Shown here piece after piece: positions 31,324-41,678 of a stretch of 64,000 bases of DNA; position 1 is the first letter of the stretch, and the number at the start of each line of letters is the position of its first letter. The stretch is from contig CAXXLL010000003.1 of NCBI GenBank assembly GCA_963662545.2, positions 128,001 through 192,000 on the forward strand, read 5' to 3'. The notes under the pieces were generated by a model. That model had not been told where the DNA came from. It did no database searches and saw only the letters and a program-made list of their open reading frames with translations. The stretch comes from Gammaproteobacteria bacterium. Its GTDB lineage: Bacteria > Pseudomonadota > Gammaproteobacteria > Ga0077536. The translations under genes were made by a program, and so were the position numbers.

Positions 31324-32730
31324 ATGACCGACATCCACTATCTGACGCTCATCGAGTTGTCGAAAAAATTGCAAGCGCGCGAGCTCTCGTCTGTCGAAGT
31401 GACGCGCCACATGCTGGCGCGGATCGAGGCGCTCGATGGCGCGCTCCGGAGCTATGTCACGAGCATGGCGGATGTCGCCCTCGCCCAAGCCGAGCAGGCG
31501 GATGCCGAGATCGGCCGGGGTGAATGCCGCGGGCCACTGCACGGCGTGCCCTTCGGTCTGAAGGATCTGTGCGCCACCAAGGACGCACCCACCCATGTCG
31601 GCTCGTTCGCGAACCGCGATTGGAATCCGGGCGTCGACTGCACGGTCGTGGCCAAGCTCCGTGAGGCGGGCGCCGTGTTCCTCGGCAAACTGCAGTTGAC
31701 CGAAGGCGCTTATGGCGTCCATCACCCCGACATCTCGCCGCCCGTCAATCCGTGGCATGCGGACTATTGGACGGGTGTCTCCTCGAGCGGCTCGGGCGTC
31801 GCGACCGCGGCCGGGCTCTGCTTCGGCTCGCTCGGCACCGACACCGGCGGTTCGATCCGCTCGCCGGCCCATTGCAACGGCCTTACCGGGCTCAAGCAGA
31901 CCTGGGGCCGCGTGAGTCGCGCCGGTGCGTTCGCGCTCTCCGAATCCCTCGATCACATCGGTCCGCTGGCGCGGTCAAGTGTCGATGCCGCCGCCATTTT
32001 GGGCGTGATCGCCGGGCGCGACCCGGACGACCCAACGAGCCTGACGGCGCCCGTACCGGATTACCTCGCCGCGATCGACAAGCCCATCAAAGATTTGACC
32101 ATCGGCCTCGATGAAGCCTACTGCACGGAAGCCGTGGACGATCAAGTCGCTGCGATGGTCATGCAGGCGGTGGAGGTGTTGCGCGGATGCGGCGCAGAAA
32201 TCAAAGCCGTTACCCTCCCGGACATGCGCGAGATGGTGACCGGTTGGGAGAAGTTCTGCGGGGTGGAGACGGCCATCTTTCACGAAGAGTTCTATCCCGC
32301 GAAAAAGGAACAGTACGGGCCGGGATTGGCGTGCTTGATCGAAATCGGGCGCAGCACGAGCGGTATGGATTACGCCAAGCTCCAGATCGAGCGCCAGAAA
32401 TTCGCCGGCAATCTGGCGGCGCTGTTCGAGGACATCGATTGCTTTATCTCGCCGGCGCTTCCCTATCCGACACCGACACTCGCCTTCATGGAGGCGGTGT
32501 GCTTGGAGCAGGACGCTGAAGATCTTCTACGGCTCATCACCTTTACGTCGCCGTACGACATGTCGGGCAGTCCGACGCTCAGCCTGCCGGGCGGCATCGA
32601 TGCCGACGGCCTTCCGTTCGGTTTTCAGTTGATCGGACCCCATCTCAGCGAGGCGATGCTCGTGCGTGCCGGCTATGCCTACCAGCAGGATACGGATTGG
32701 CATACTCAGCGCCCGCCGCTGCCGAGCTGA
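31324..32730 (+). CDS. Amidase-signature family amidase
   Basis: GPLHGVPFGLKD, GVSSSGSG, GTDTGGSIRSPA. Confidence 0.93.
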   Translation: MTDIHYLTLIELSKKLQARELSSVEVTRHMLARIEALDGALRSYVTSMADVALAQAEQADAEIGRGECRGPLHGVPFGLKDLCATKDAPTHVGSFANRDWNPGVDCTVVAKLREAGAVFLGKLQLTEGAYGVHHPDISPPVNPWHADYWTGVSSSGSGVATAAGLCFGSLGTDTGGSIRSPAHCNGLTGLKQTWGRVSRAGAFALSESLDHIGPLARSSVDAAAILGVIAGRDPDDPTSLTAPVPDYLAAIDKPIKDLTIGLDEAYCTEAVDDQVAAMVMQAVEVLRGCGAEIKAVTLPDMREMVTGWEKFCGVETAIFHEEFYPAKKEQYGPGLACLIEIGRSTSGMDYAKLQIERQKFAGNLAALFEDIDCFISPALPYPTPTLAFMEAVCLEQDAEDLLRLITFTSPYDMSGSPTLSLPGGIDADGLPFGFQLIGPHLSEAMLVRAGYAYQQDTDWHTQRPPLPS

Positions 32731-32756
32731 GACGCGGCCGAGCTTATACTGCAGCC

Positions 32757-34391
32757 ATGACCATGCAGCGAACGCCACTGCTCATGTGGCGGCTTTTGGA
32801 TCGCGGCACCTGGATCGCGCCCGACGAAGAGATCGTCAACGCGACCCCTACCGGCGTGCACTGCCAGACCTATGCCCAGACCGCCGCGCGGGCGCGCCAG
32901 CTCGCCCACGCGCTCAAGGCGCATGGCATCGGCGTCGGCGAGCGGGTGGGGAGCTTTATGTGGAACCACCACCGCCACTTCGAGATGTATCAGGCCGTGC
33001 CGTCGATGGGCGCGGTCTTGCACACCGTCAATATTCGACTGAGTCCCGGCGACCTCGAATTCATCATCAATCACGCCGAGGATCGGGTGATCGTGATCGA
33101 CGAGGATCTGCTGCCGCTGCTCGAGCCGTTAGCGGAAAAACTTCGCACAGTCGAGCGAGTGGTGGTGAGTTCGGAGTCCGGGGACTGGGAGACTGATCTC
33201 CCCGGGGCGATCGATTACGAGGACTTCATCGGTAGTCAGCCCACTGAGTTCGCGTGGCCCGATCTGGACGAGCATGCGCCATTGGGCCTCTGCTATACGA
33301 GCGGCACGACCGGGCACCCGAAGGGTGCGATGTACACCCACCGATCGACTTACTTACACACCATGGCCGAGGCCATGACTGACACCATGGCCATGTCGGC
33401 CACCGACACGGTTTTTTGTATCGTGCCGATGTTTCACGCCATGTGTTGGGGTCTGCCTTATACCGCCACGATGCTCGGCGCCAAACAGGTCTACCCAAAC
33501 CGCTTCATGGAGCCGACGCGGCTGTTGGATCTGATGGCGACAGAGGGTGTGACCCTGGCCTGCGGGGTGCCGACGATCTGGCAGGGCGTGCACGCCGCCA
33601 TTGAAGCGGAGCCCGAGCGTTGGGACCTCTCCAAACTCGAGCGGGTTTTGTGCGGCGGTTCGGCGCCGCCGGCCTCGTTGCTGCGCTGGTACTGGGACGC
33701 GCTCGGCGTCGAAATGATCCAGGCCTGGGGGATGACCGAAACCAATCCGCTCGGCGTAGTTTCGCGGCGTGTCGCGAAACGTGCGCACCGCCCGCTCTCG
33801 ATCGATGAGCAGTTCGACAACGTGGCTAAGACTGGGCTGCTGGCGCCGGGTCTAGAAATGGAGATCGTCGACGAGGACTTCAAGCCACTTCCGCACGACG
33901 GCGATGCGTTCGGCGAACTTCTAATCCGCGGGCCGTGGATCGCGGCCGAGTACTACCGGGATCCGCAGCCCGATAAATTTCACGACGGCTGGCTGCTGAC
34001 GGGCGACGTCGCCCGGATCGATCCGGAGCAGTACCTGATCATCACCGACCGCTCCAAGGATCTGATCAAGTCGGGCGGTGAGTGGATCTCCTCGGTCGAC
34101 CTCGAGAATCATATCTGCGCGTTGCCGGGTGTGGCGCAGGCCGCCGTCGTCGCGCAACCCCACCCGAAATGGGACGAACGTCCGGTCGCGCTGGTGATAC
34201 GAGCCGATGGCGAGGAAATCGCTGCCGAGGAAGTCATCGAGCACTGCCGCCGAGCTTTCGCGAAGTGGCAGCTACCGGACGAAGTGGTGTTCGTCGACCA
34301 GTTAGCGTTGACGGCGACCGGCAAGCTCGACAAGAAAACCATCCGCGCCGAGCTCGAAAGAGAGGGTTATCGCTTGCCGGATCTGCGCTGA
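32757..34391 (+). CDS. Acyl-CoA ligase (AlkK/DmdB-like)
   Basis: [47 protein letters not shown]. Confidence 0.92.
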   Translation: MTMQRTPLLMWRLLDRGTWIAPDEEIVNATPTGVHCQTYAQTAARARQLAHALKAHGIGVGERVGSFMWNHHRHFEMYQAVPSMGAVLHTVNIRLSPGDLEFIINHAEDRVIVIDEDLLPLLEPLAEKLRTVERVVVSSESGDWETDLPGAIDYEDFIGSQPTEFAWPDLDEHAPLGLCYTSGTTGHPKGAMYTHRSTYLHTMAEAMTDTMAMSATDTVFCIVPMFHAMCWGLPYTATMLGAKQVYPNRFMEPTRLLDLMATEGVTLACGVPTIWQGVHAAIEAEPERWDLSKLERVLCGGSAPPASLLRWYWDALGVEMIQAWGMTETNPLGVVSRRVAKRAHRPLSIDEQFDNVAKTGLLAPGLEMEIVDEDFKPLPHDGDAFGELLIRGPWIAAEYYRDPQPDKFHDGWLLTGDVARIDPEQYLIITDRSKDLIKSGGEWISSVDLENHICALPGVAQAAVVAQPHPKWDERPVALVIRADGEEIAAEEVIEHCRRAFAKWQLPDEVVFVDQLALTATGKLDKKTIRAELEREGYRLPDLR

Positions 34392-34569
34392 CAATCCTCT
34401 TTCCAGGTCGCCTTGATAAACTGCGAAAGGAAAAAAGGGGACATCCCTAATTATACGTAGGTCGTGGCGTTATTCCGGGACGAAAAAGTGGAATATCCCC
34501 TTTATCGCACCATCGCCGGGAGCGCACCCTTCTTAACGATCGACTTATCTGCCCGCCGGAGGATCCACT

Positions 34570-35733
34570 TTGCAAATTAAACAGATAAATTCACTACATT
34601 GTGATGCCGGATGGCGAAACTACCATTTTGTGAAAATTGTCGCGGCCGATGGTACGTGTGGCTACAGCGAATACGACGAGGGGTTCGGCTCGCCCGGCAT
34701 AACCGCCGTCATTGAATCCCTACGAGAACGGCTCATCGGGCAAAATGCCATGGAACACGAGCGCCTATTTGCAATCATGCTCGGCGCTACGCGGCCAGCC
34801 TACGTCGGCGTTGTCGCTGAGGGGATAGGCGCAATTGAAAACGCGCTTCTTGACCTGAAAGCTAAGCTGTTGGGTGTGCCCTGTTACGAACTTCTGGGCG
34901 GTAAAATTCGAGACCGCATTCGCGTGTACTGGTCCCATTGCGCGACTTGGCGGATCTTCGCGCCGCAATACTATCCACCAGCCATAACTTCGCTAGATGA
35001 TGTCAAGGCGATGGGTGAGGAAGTACGCAACAAAGGTTTTACCGCGCTAAAAACGAATATGTTCACTTTCGACGATGGTGAGGCGCGCAATTGGGCACCG
35101 GGATTCAATTTCCCTTTCGCGCCAGAGCTCAATGTGGATCGCTATATACTGGATAATGTCCGTCACCATCTTGAAGCATTCCGTGGAGGTGCGGGGGACG
35201 ACATAGATATTTTGTTGGACCTGAATTTTAACGCCAAGACAGAGGGCTATCTAAAAGTATTACGAGAACTGGACGATTTCAATTTGTTCTGGGTGGAAAT
35301 CGACACACCGAGCGCGGATGCCTTGGCCTACATACGAGACCATAGCCGCCATCCTATTAGCTCGTGTGAAACCATTCTGGGTGGCCCGGCGTTTATTCCA
35401 TACTTTCAAAAGCAGGCCATGGATGTGGTGATAGTCGACGCCGTGTGGAATGGTGTTTGGCAATCCATGAAAATCGCCAATATGGCCGATGCCTACCAAG
35501 TCAATATCGCGCCGCATAACTTCTATGGTCACCTGGCGACTATGATGAACGCACATTTCGCGGCAAGCGTACCTAACCTGCGCATTATGGAAACGGACAT
35601 TGACCGTTTGCCCTGGGACAACGAAATTTTTACTCGCGAGCCAACCATCGTAGATGGATATTTAATTTTGGACGACACGCCTGGATGGGGGACTGAACCG
35701 AACCTGGAAGGCTTAGCTAGTGTGCATCCCTAA
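34570..35733 (+). CDS. Mandelate racemase/muconate lactonizing enzyme family; native C-terminus displaced by an IS
   Basis: IENALLDLKAK..GVPCYELLGG, KT.M, D.N/EID/CE metal ligands, APHN; native tail KYPPKSGPGFLASIGA* lies at ~37423-37472. Confidence 0.88.
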   Translation: MQIKQINSLHCDAGWRNYHFVKIVAADGTCGYSEYDEGFGSPGITAVIESLRERLIGQNAMEHERLFAIMLGATRPAYVGVVAEGIGAIENALLDLKAKLLGVPCYELLGGKIRDRIRVYWSHCATWRIFAPQYYPPAITSLDDVKAMGEEVRNKGFTALKTNMFTFDDGEARNWAPGFNFPFAPELNVDRYILDNVRHHLEAFRGGAGDDIDILLDLNFNAKTEGYLKVLRELDDFNLFWVEIDTPSADALAYIRDHSRHPISSCETILGGPAFIPYFQKQAMDVVIVDAVWNGVWQSMKIANMADAYQVNIAPHNFYGHLATMMNAHFAASVPNLRIMETDIDRLPWDNEIFTREPTIVDGYLILDDTPGWGTEPNLEGLASVHP

Positions 35734-37416
35734 ACGCGATGCGGTTGAAATAAAAAGGAAAATTTGTCGCTTAAGGGATCGAAACCTCCGGTAGGTCGTG
35801 ATCTAATGGAACTTCAAACCTCTGATTTTCCACACAATCATCGACACCACAGGAGGGGGAATGCGTCAGAAACGCACGGCCCAAGCGAGTATATACGAGC
35901 TGTTTGCTGACCATGACCTGGGGCGAGAGCTGCAGGGCATGTCCGAGTGGCTCGATGCTCACCCCAAGGTCCTCACGCCGGTCATGAACGATCTGTGTCG
36001 GCGGGGTTTGAAGCCCACCGGTCGACGCGGACTGTCGGCGGAGTCGGTGCTGCGCTGCGCGGTGCTCAAGCAGCACCGGCAATTGAGTTACGAGGAGCTG
36101 GCCTTTCACCTGCAGGACTCGGCGAGCTTTCAGGCCTTCGCCCGGTTGCCGGGTAATGAACGTCCGAAGAAGTCTGCCTTACAGCGGGTGGTCTCGGCGA
36201 TCCAGGTATCGACGTGGGAGTCTATTCATCGCGCCCTGCTGGCGACGGCGAAAGAGACGCGCATTGAGCCGGCACAGCGTGTACGGATTGATAGCACGGT
36301 AACGGACAGTGCCATCCACGCGCCGAGCGACAGTCATCTGCTGTGGGATGGCGTGCGTGTTGTGGTTCGTCTGCTCGCACAGGCGCGCGAGTTGCCTGGC
36401 GCGCCGGAGTTGTGCTTCGTGAACCACACTCGATTGGCGAAGAAGCGTGCGCGGGCGCTGTGGTATGCGCGTGGTGCGAAGCAACGCCAACGTCTGTATC
36501 GCGATTTGATTGGGGCGACGCGTTCAACCTTGGAAGCGGTAGCGAGGGTACGTGAGCAGCTGCTGAGCCCGGGCGTCACCGGCGTTGAACTGCCGGACTG
36601 GCTAGCGCAGGTAGCGCACTACGAAACACTTGTTCTGCAGGTGATTTCGCAAACTGAGCGGCGGGTGTTCGGCGGTGAGAAGGTCCCCGCGAGCGAGAAG
36701 TGCGTGAGCTTGTTCGAGCCGCATACCGACATCATCATAAAGGGTGCGCGCGACGTTCAGTACGGACACAAAATCAATCTGGCTTCGGGGCGCAGTGGCC
36801 TCATCCTCGACGTGGTCATCGAGCGAGGCAATCCGGTCGATAGTCAGCGCTTCATGCCGATGCTCGAACGGCATCGAACACACTACGGGACGATGCCACG
36901 ACAGGTCGCCGCCGATGGCGGCTATGCGAGCCTCGACAATCTCCGGGCGGCGAAAGCAGAAGGCATCGAAGACGTTGCCTTCCACAAGAAGCGCGGGCTC
37001 GCGATCGCCGACATGGTCAAGAGTCAGTGGGTCTATCGACGCTTGCGCAACTTCCGCGCCGGCATCGAGGCCGGTATCTCCTGCCTGAAGCGTGCATACG
37101 GATTGGCACGTTGCACCTGGAAGAGCCTGCCGCACTTCGAAGCCTACGTGTGGTCTTCTGTGGTCGCCTACAACCTCAGCCTGCTCGCGCGCTATCAACT
37201 CGAATAGCGACGTTCACTCGCACTAACTGACCTCCTCGATATCGTCGAACGGGCGACTTTGGGTTGCAGCGCTCTGCGGCCGGCGAACGTACTCACAATT
37301 ACGCTCGAAGAGCCCTTCGACCCCCACCGAACCGCCGCTACCGCTCCAACAACCTACTTTCAACACCTCGATTTCTCCGTGCCCATCGAAGAAAATGCCT
37401 GTTTATGGACGGACAC
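35720..37416 (+). mobile_element. ISNCY/IS5-like insertion sequence, 1697 bp, with 6-bp TSD TAGCTA
   Basis: Imperfect IRs GTGTGCATCCCTAAAC / GTTTATGGACGGACAC; TAGCTA at 35714-35719 and 37417-37422; removal restores the enolase frame. Confidence 0.85.
35861..37207 (+). CDS. DDE transposase (ISNCY/IS5-like)
   Basis: RIDSTV, SLFEPHTDII.KG, AADGGYAS, FRAGIEAGISCLKR. Confidence 0.92.
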   Translation: MRQKRTAQASIYELFADHDLGRELQGMSEWLDAHPKVLTPVMNDLCRRGLKPTGRRGLSAESVLRCAVLKQHRQLSYEELAFHLQDSASFQAFARLPGNERPKKSALQRVVSAIQVSTWESIHRALLATAKETRIEPAQRVRIDSTVTDSAIHAPSDSHLLWDGVRVVVRLLAQARELPGAPELCFVNHTRLAKKRARALWYARGAKQRQRLYRDLIGATRSTLEAVARVREQLLSPGVTGVELPDWLAQVAHYETLVLQVISQTERRVFGGEKVPASEKCVSLFEPHTDIIIKGARDVQYGHKINLASGRSGLILDVVIERGNPVDSQRFMPMLERHRTHYGTMPRQVAADGGYASLDNLRAAKAEGIEDVAFHKKRGLAIADMVKSQWVYRRLRNFRAGIEAGISCLKRAYGLARCTWKSLPHFEAYVWSSVVAYNLSLLARYQLE

Positions 37417-37496
37417 TAGCTAAGTACCCGCCAAAATCCGGACCCGGGTTTCTAGCCAGCATCGGGGCGTAGGATGAGGGTCGAACGGCAGTTCCT

Positions 37497-37663
37497 GGCC
37501 GAGGCTGTGTCAAAAGTCGAAAAATGGAGCCCACCGCGAAAATTTTCCCCACTTAGGTTGTTATGCACGATTGATTAAGGGAACGCACCGCCTAAGGTAG
37601 GCGAATCGGGTTAAACTTCTCCCACTTTCAAAATTCGAAAATACTTTTGACACAGCCTCGGCC
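37497..37663. mobile_element. 167-bp MITE-like element with 21-bp perfect inverted repeats
   Basis: GGCCGAGGCTGTGTCAAAAGT (37497-37517) / ACTTTTGACACAGCCTCGGCC (37643-37663); non-coding interior. Confidence 0.75.
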
Positions 37664-37823
37664 GTTTGCCGAAAAAGGGGCGAAAAAGGGGACATCCCTA
37701 ATTAAACGTAGATCGTGGCCTTATTCCGGGACGAAAAAGTGGAATGTCCCCTTTATCCCTCTCGAACGGGGACTCGAGGATCGAACCTGACGGCGTTTGC
37801 CGCGTGCGTGTTCCGCCGGCGAC

Positions 37824-38816
37824 CTATTGAAAAGCCGGATAGACGTCCCTGACGAAGCGCCTCAGCTGTTCCGTCTGATTCCGGGCAGCCAATCGTATGG
37901 TGATGATGTCGGCGCCGGCTTCGACGCGCGCGCGAATCGCCTCGATACATTGCTCCGGGCTGCCCATGGCCACCCACGTTTCGAGTTGTTCGCGGCTGAA
38001 GTCCGTCGTGTAGTACGCGTCGAGATATTCCTTGGCTTCGCGGAAAGCCGTGTCGCGATCCTCATTGACGTGGCAGTTGTAATACAGGCAGCGCGGCATG
38101 TCACTGACGTCCCGCCCAATCTGCGCGGCCTGCCGCTCGATACGCTGCCACGCGTTTCGAAACTGCTGCGGCGTGACCAGGGTTGTCTGCCAACCGTCCG
38201 CGATCTCCGCTACCCGCCGCGCTATGCGGTCGAGTAGCTTGTCCTTGACGCCGAAAATCTCGGGATTGTTCGCAATCCAGATTGGGCAGGGGTTCTGCAC
38301 GGGTTTGGGCTCGATGGTCAAATTCTCGAACTGGTAGTAGCGGCCCTCGTGAGAAACCGCGTCTCCGGCCCATAGCTTCCGCACAATTTCGATGCCTTCT
38401 TCCATGCGGACTGCCCGTTCCGCCAGATTCATGTTCATCGCCGCCCATTCGATTTCGGATTCGCCGGAGACCTGCCCGCGCGCGCCCTGGCATGCAACCA
38501 TGATGGAGCGACCGCCGCAGACGACGTCAAAACTCGCCCACTGGTAGGCCAGCAATACCGGATGACGCAGCGGAAAGCTGGCAAAGCACGCGGGTCCGAG
38601 CTTGACGCGCTCGGTCAGCGCGGCGACTGCCGACAAGAGGCTGACCGATTCGAGCCGGGGCTTGGCCGAGAGGCTGTCGCCGACCCAGATCGAATCGAAG
38701 GCACCGGACTGCTCGGCCTCCACGCTTAAAGCCAGGATTTCTTTCACCGTCGTGCTGCCGAGAACTACGCCGCGGTTGGACAGGGTCAGCCCGAAACTCA
38801 CTTTAGGTTTAGCCAT
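37824..38816 (-). CDS. LLM-class flavin/F420-dependent oxidoreductase
   Basis: FDSIWVGDS, AVAALTERVKLG, GRYYQF...PKPVQ.P.PIW, GSPEQC. Confidence 0.9.
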   Translation of the reverse strand: MAKPKVSFGLTLSNRGVVLGSTTVKEILALSVEAEQSGAFDSIWVGDSLSAKPRLESVSLLSAVAALTERVKLGPACFASFPLRHPVLLAYQWASFDVVCGGRSIMVACQGARGQVSGESEIEWAAMNMNLAERAVRMEEGIEIVRKLWAGDAVSHEGRYYQFENLTIEPKPVQNPCPIWIANNPEIFGVKDKLLDRIARRVAEIADGWQTTLVTPQQFRNAWQRIERQAAQIGRDVSDMPRCLYYNCHVNEDRDTAFREAKEYLDAYYTTDFSREQLETWVAMGSPEQCIEAIRARVEAGADIITIRLAARNQTEQLRRFVRDVYPAFQ

Positions 38817-38828
38817 TTTCTTACTAAT

Positions 38829-39032
38829 CTATGCGAGATATTCTCGCAAGGTATTATCAGAGTAATCATCGCGGTACAGGCCTCTTTTCCGCAGGACCGG
38901 AACGAGTAAGTCCACGAGGTCCGCGTAATAATCCGGCCCGTAGTAAGGCGGCGAAATCTGAAATCCATCGCCGCCGCCCTCTTCAAGCAAGTACACCATC
39001 GCATCGGCGACCGGCTCCGGCGTACCCACAAG
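38829..39032 (-). pseudogene. C-terminal fragment of an NtaA/DmoA-type FMN-dependent monooxygenase
   Basis: VGTPEPVAD...GDGF...LVPVLRKRGLYRDDY...TLREYL; cut at the left arm of the 75-bp repeat. Confidence 0.8.
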
Positions 39033-39048
39033 AAAAAGGGGACATCCC

Positions 39049-40388
39049 TTGAGGGATCCCCACAAATTCGACTAGCAAAATTCAAGTTGCACAATGGCGC
39101 GTGCCTGTAGATCCCGGAGCGCCTGTAATAAAGTTGAGCGCTGGATTTGAAGTTGCTTGGCAATGAGGCGAGCACCAACGAATACCACGGATAGGACGGG
39201 CTTACGTCTTTCGGTATTGGCCTGTAAACCTTTCACTAAACCTGTTTGGTAACCGACCAAGCCGACCAACCATTGGGCCAGTGTGGCCAATGCGCACAGC
39301 AAGAGTAAGTTCGCCACTCTCTCGGGATCACGTCCCATGTTTTCTCTAAGTGCAAAGCCGTAACGGGGCGACTTCATGTCGCGGAAGCTCTCTTCAATCT
39401 GCATGCGGCGACGATACACGGCAACTACCCGATGCGCACTACGAAGGTTGTCCGGCAGATTGCTGGCCAATAACCACGGCTCACGCGCCGCTGCCGACGG
39501 TTTCTCGGTATTGCGAGCCCGCGCCGGTTTGCCGTAAGCCGTATAGCAGACACGCCCGCGTTTCTTACCTTTGTAAACGAATAAATGGGTGTCCAGCGGA
39601 TTACTTTTCGTGATCAAAAAACGACCCAGTGACTTCGGACGAGCATTGGCTTGGCCGTAGAGCACTTTGTTCGAATGCCATGCCGCCTCATCCATACCTC
39701 GCACGAGGTGACGATGACGGATGCGACCCACGTAATACCATCCCATTGAGGCCACAAGACTCAACCAGGGCGTCCGAAATCCTGCATCACTGACCAAGAT
39801 CGGACAACAGCCCGCAGGCAGAATGGCCTTCAGTCGCTTCAGAAAGCGTTTCTCCGCTTTGACACTCGCGTAATGGTGTTCGACTTCTTCATACACGGGG
39901 ATGGCTCGACCACCGACCGCTAAGGCCGCCCGCAATACATAGAGCTCTTGACGTTGATCCAGATTAGACCAATCCACCAACACCACCGGATGCGCACAGT
40001 CCGATACCAATAACCGAGCTATCCATTGATACCACTGCAAACGCTCACCACCGAGCTGACGATTACCCAGCAAGCGATCGACGCGCTTAATCGCGTGTTT
40101 CTCGCTCGTGCCACTGTCTATGCTCCGACCGATATGCGTCAGCCACAAACGTCGGCCCCGAAGTAAACCGCCGACCGCCGCCCAAACCGAGAGTCGACGA
40201 CCCAAATGCACACCGTATAGCGCTTCGCTGCTCATTTCATGTAACAATTTCAATACCTGCATGGCTCACCTCGTCGTTCACAGATTGTCTTGCAACAACT
40301 GAGATCAACTCGAGCCATGCAGGTTCCACGAACCCACAAATCAATCTATCGCTTTGTATTTCGTTGGGGTTTTATGGGGATTCCTCAG
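39049..40388 (-). mobile_element. IS4 family (IS10-like), 1340 bp, with 9-bp TSD GGACATCCC
   Basis: Ends CTGAGGAATCCCCATAAA / TTGAGGGATCCCCACAAA resemble IS10 ends; TSD at 39040-39048 and 40389-40397. Confidence 0.9.
39072..40262 (-). CDS. IS4/IS10-group transposase
   Basis: KHAIKRVDRLLGN, VDWS, DAGF..PW, YRRRMQIEESFRDMK (YREK). Confidence 0.93.
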   Translation of the reverse strand: MQVLKLLHEMSSEALYGVHLGRRLSVWAAVGGLLRGRRLWLTHIGRSIDSGTSEKHAIKRVDRLLGNRQLGGERLQWYQWIARLLVSDCAHPVVLVDWSNLDQRQELYVLRAALAVGGRAIPVYEEVEHHYASVKAEKRFLKRLKAILPAGCCPILVSDAGFRTPWLSLVASMGWYYVGRIRHRHLVRGMDEAAWHSNKVLYGQANARPKSLGRFLITKSNPLDTHLFVYKGKKRGRVCYTAYGKPARARNTEKPSAAAREPWLLASNLPDNLRSAHRVVAVYRRRMQIEESFRDMKSPRYGFALRENMGRDPERVANLLLLCALATLAQWLVGLVGYQTGLVKGLQANTERRKPVLSVVFVGARLIAKQLQIQRSTLLQALRDLQARAIVQLEFC

Positions 40389-40790
40389 GGACATCCCCAA
40401 TTAAACTTAGATCGTGGCGCTATTCCGGGACGAAAAAGTGGAATGTCCCCTTTATCCGCGTCGCTCAATTCCGTTACTCCCGCGGCGGCGATGGTTTGTC
40501 GCGAGGATTACGTCCAGTTCGCGTTGAAGCGAAAAAAATTATTTAAAACGTGAACGCGCCAAAATAATTCTGGACGGTATCGCAAAATTGTCCGTATCTG
40601 GGATCACACTCCGATAACCGCTACAAGGCGCACCGCTCATTTAAACATATTCCTAAATCCCGCCGTGTTCTATACCGGTGCTGCTCGAGCAACCTTCACC
40701 GATGAGATTGCATGCTGCGAAATCCAGGATCAATCGCGCAATGGCCATGGGCCGTGGCGCACACACGCCAATGTTTCCATTAGCCGCGAC

Positions 40791-41678
40791 TCACCTTTGA
40801 CTAATGGCATGTTTCAGTGATCGCGAGAGTTCCTCGCCCGCGGTCGAGGGCTCGGTATTAGCACGCTGACAAATGTAGACGGTTTGCGCGACCTCCGGCA
40901 TGCCGCGCGGTGAAGACACACGCGACAACCGACAGTTTGCCTTGGCGAACGAATTTTGCGCGGCCGCAACGAATTCCGGTAGAAAAACGGCGCAACGCCC
41001 CATTCGGGCCAAGGCCAAGGCTGATTCCAGCGAGGTCAGTTTATAGTGGGCGACCCGCGGAAACCGGCCGTAAGGCCAACCATCAATACCCAGTAAATTG
41101 GCGGTCGAACCGGGCGTAGCGGCAACGGGGATGGCAAACGGAATCTCGGCAAAAGGCGTGCGTTTGAAAACGCCCGTTCGTGCAAAGACGCCGAAACGAC
41201 TGGTGCCGACGGCTTTGAAATCCAACCCCTTGTGTGGGAACGGTGCGTAAGTGATGCCGTAATCGGATTCTCCTCGAAGCACGGCCGGTCCGATGTCTTG
41301 CACGGATAGTTCTATGACATGTAGCGCGTAGGCCGTCAGTGTATGTTCAACCATTTGCGCCAGTACGTGAGTCGTAAACACTTCGAAAGAGGCAATGCGC
41401 AAGGTCGCAGGCTGTGACGGCGCGGTGGTATCGAAACTTTTCAGGAGGCGTTGATGCTCTTCGATCAGACGATGCGATTCACGATACAAGCGGTGTCCGT
41501 CGACGGTCGGGGATAGTGCTCGCCCGACCCGACTGAAAAGCGTCTTACCGAATTCGGCTTCCAGATCCTGCATCGATTTAGACAGCGCGCCCGCGGTCAG
41601 GTGCAGCAGTCCCGCGGCCTTAACAAGCCCACCTGCTTCAACAATCGTGCGGAATTGGCGCAATCTCTTAATTTCCAT
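40791..41678 (-). CDS. LysR-family regulator
   Basis: KAAGLLHLTAGALSKSMQDLEAEFGKTLFSRVGR HTH; divergent from 41774. Confidence 0.9.
   Translation of the reverse strand: MEIKRLRQFRTIVEAGGLVKAAGLLHLTAGALSKSMQDLEAEFGKTLFSRVGRALSPTVDGHRLYRESHRLIEEHQRLLKSFDTTAPSQPATLRIASFEVFTTHVLAQMVEHTLTAYALHVIELSVQDIGPAVLRGESDYGITYAPFPHKGLDFKAVGTSRFGVFARTGVFKRTPFAEIPFAIPVAATPGSTANLLGIDGWPYGRFPRVAHYKLTSLESALALARMGRCAVFLPEFVAAAQNSFAKANCRLSRVSSPRGMPEVAQTVYICQRANTEPSTAGEELSRSLKHAISQR

Larger units (their letters stand above)
30912..40456 (+). repeat. Four direct copies of a 75-bp palindromic-ended repeat (AAAGGGGACATCC...GGAATGTCCCCTTT)
   Basis: 30912-30986, 34432-34506, 37683-37757, and 39033-39048 plus 40398-40456 (split by IS4); only a few substitutions between copies. 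Confidence 0.93.

Noticed and set aside
30912-40456. 75-bp repeats as a CRISPR array or integron attC array
   Set aside because: Spacing is kilobases, there are no cas or intI genes, no RYYYAAC/GTTRRRY boxes, and the modules are multi-gene and in both orientations.
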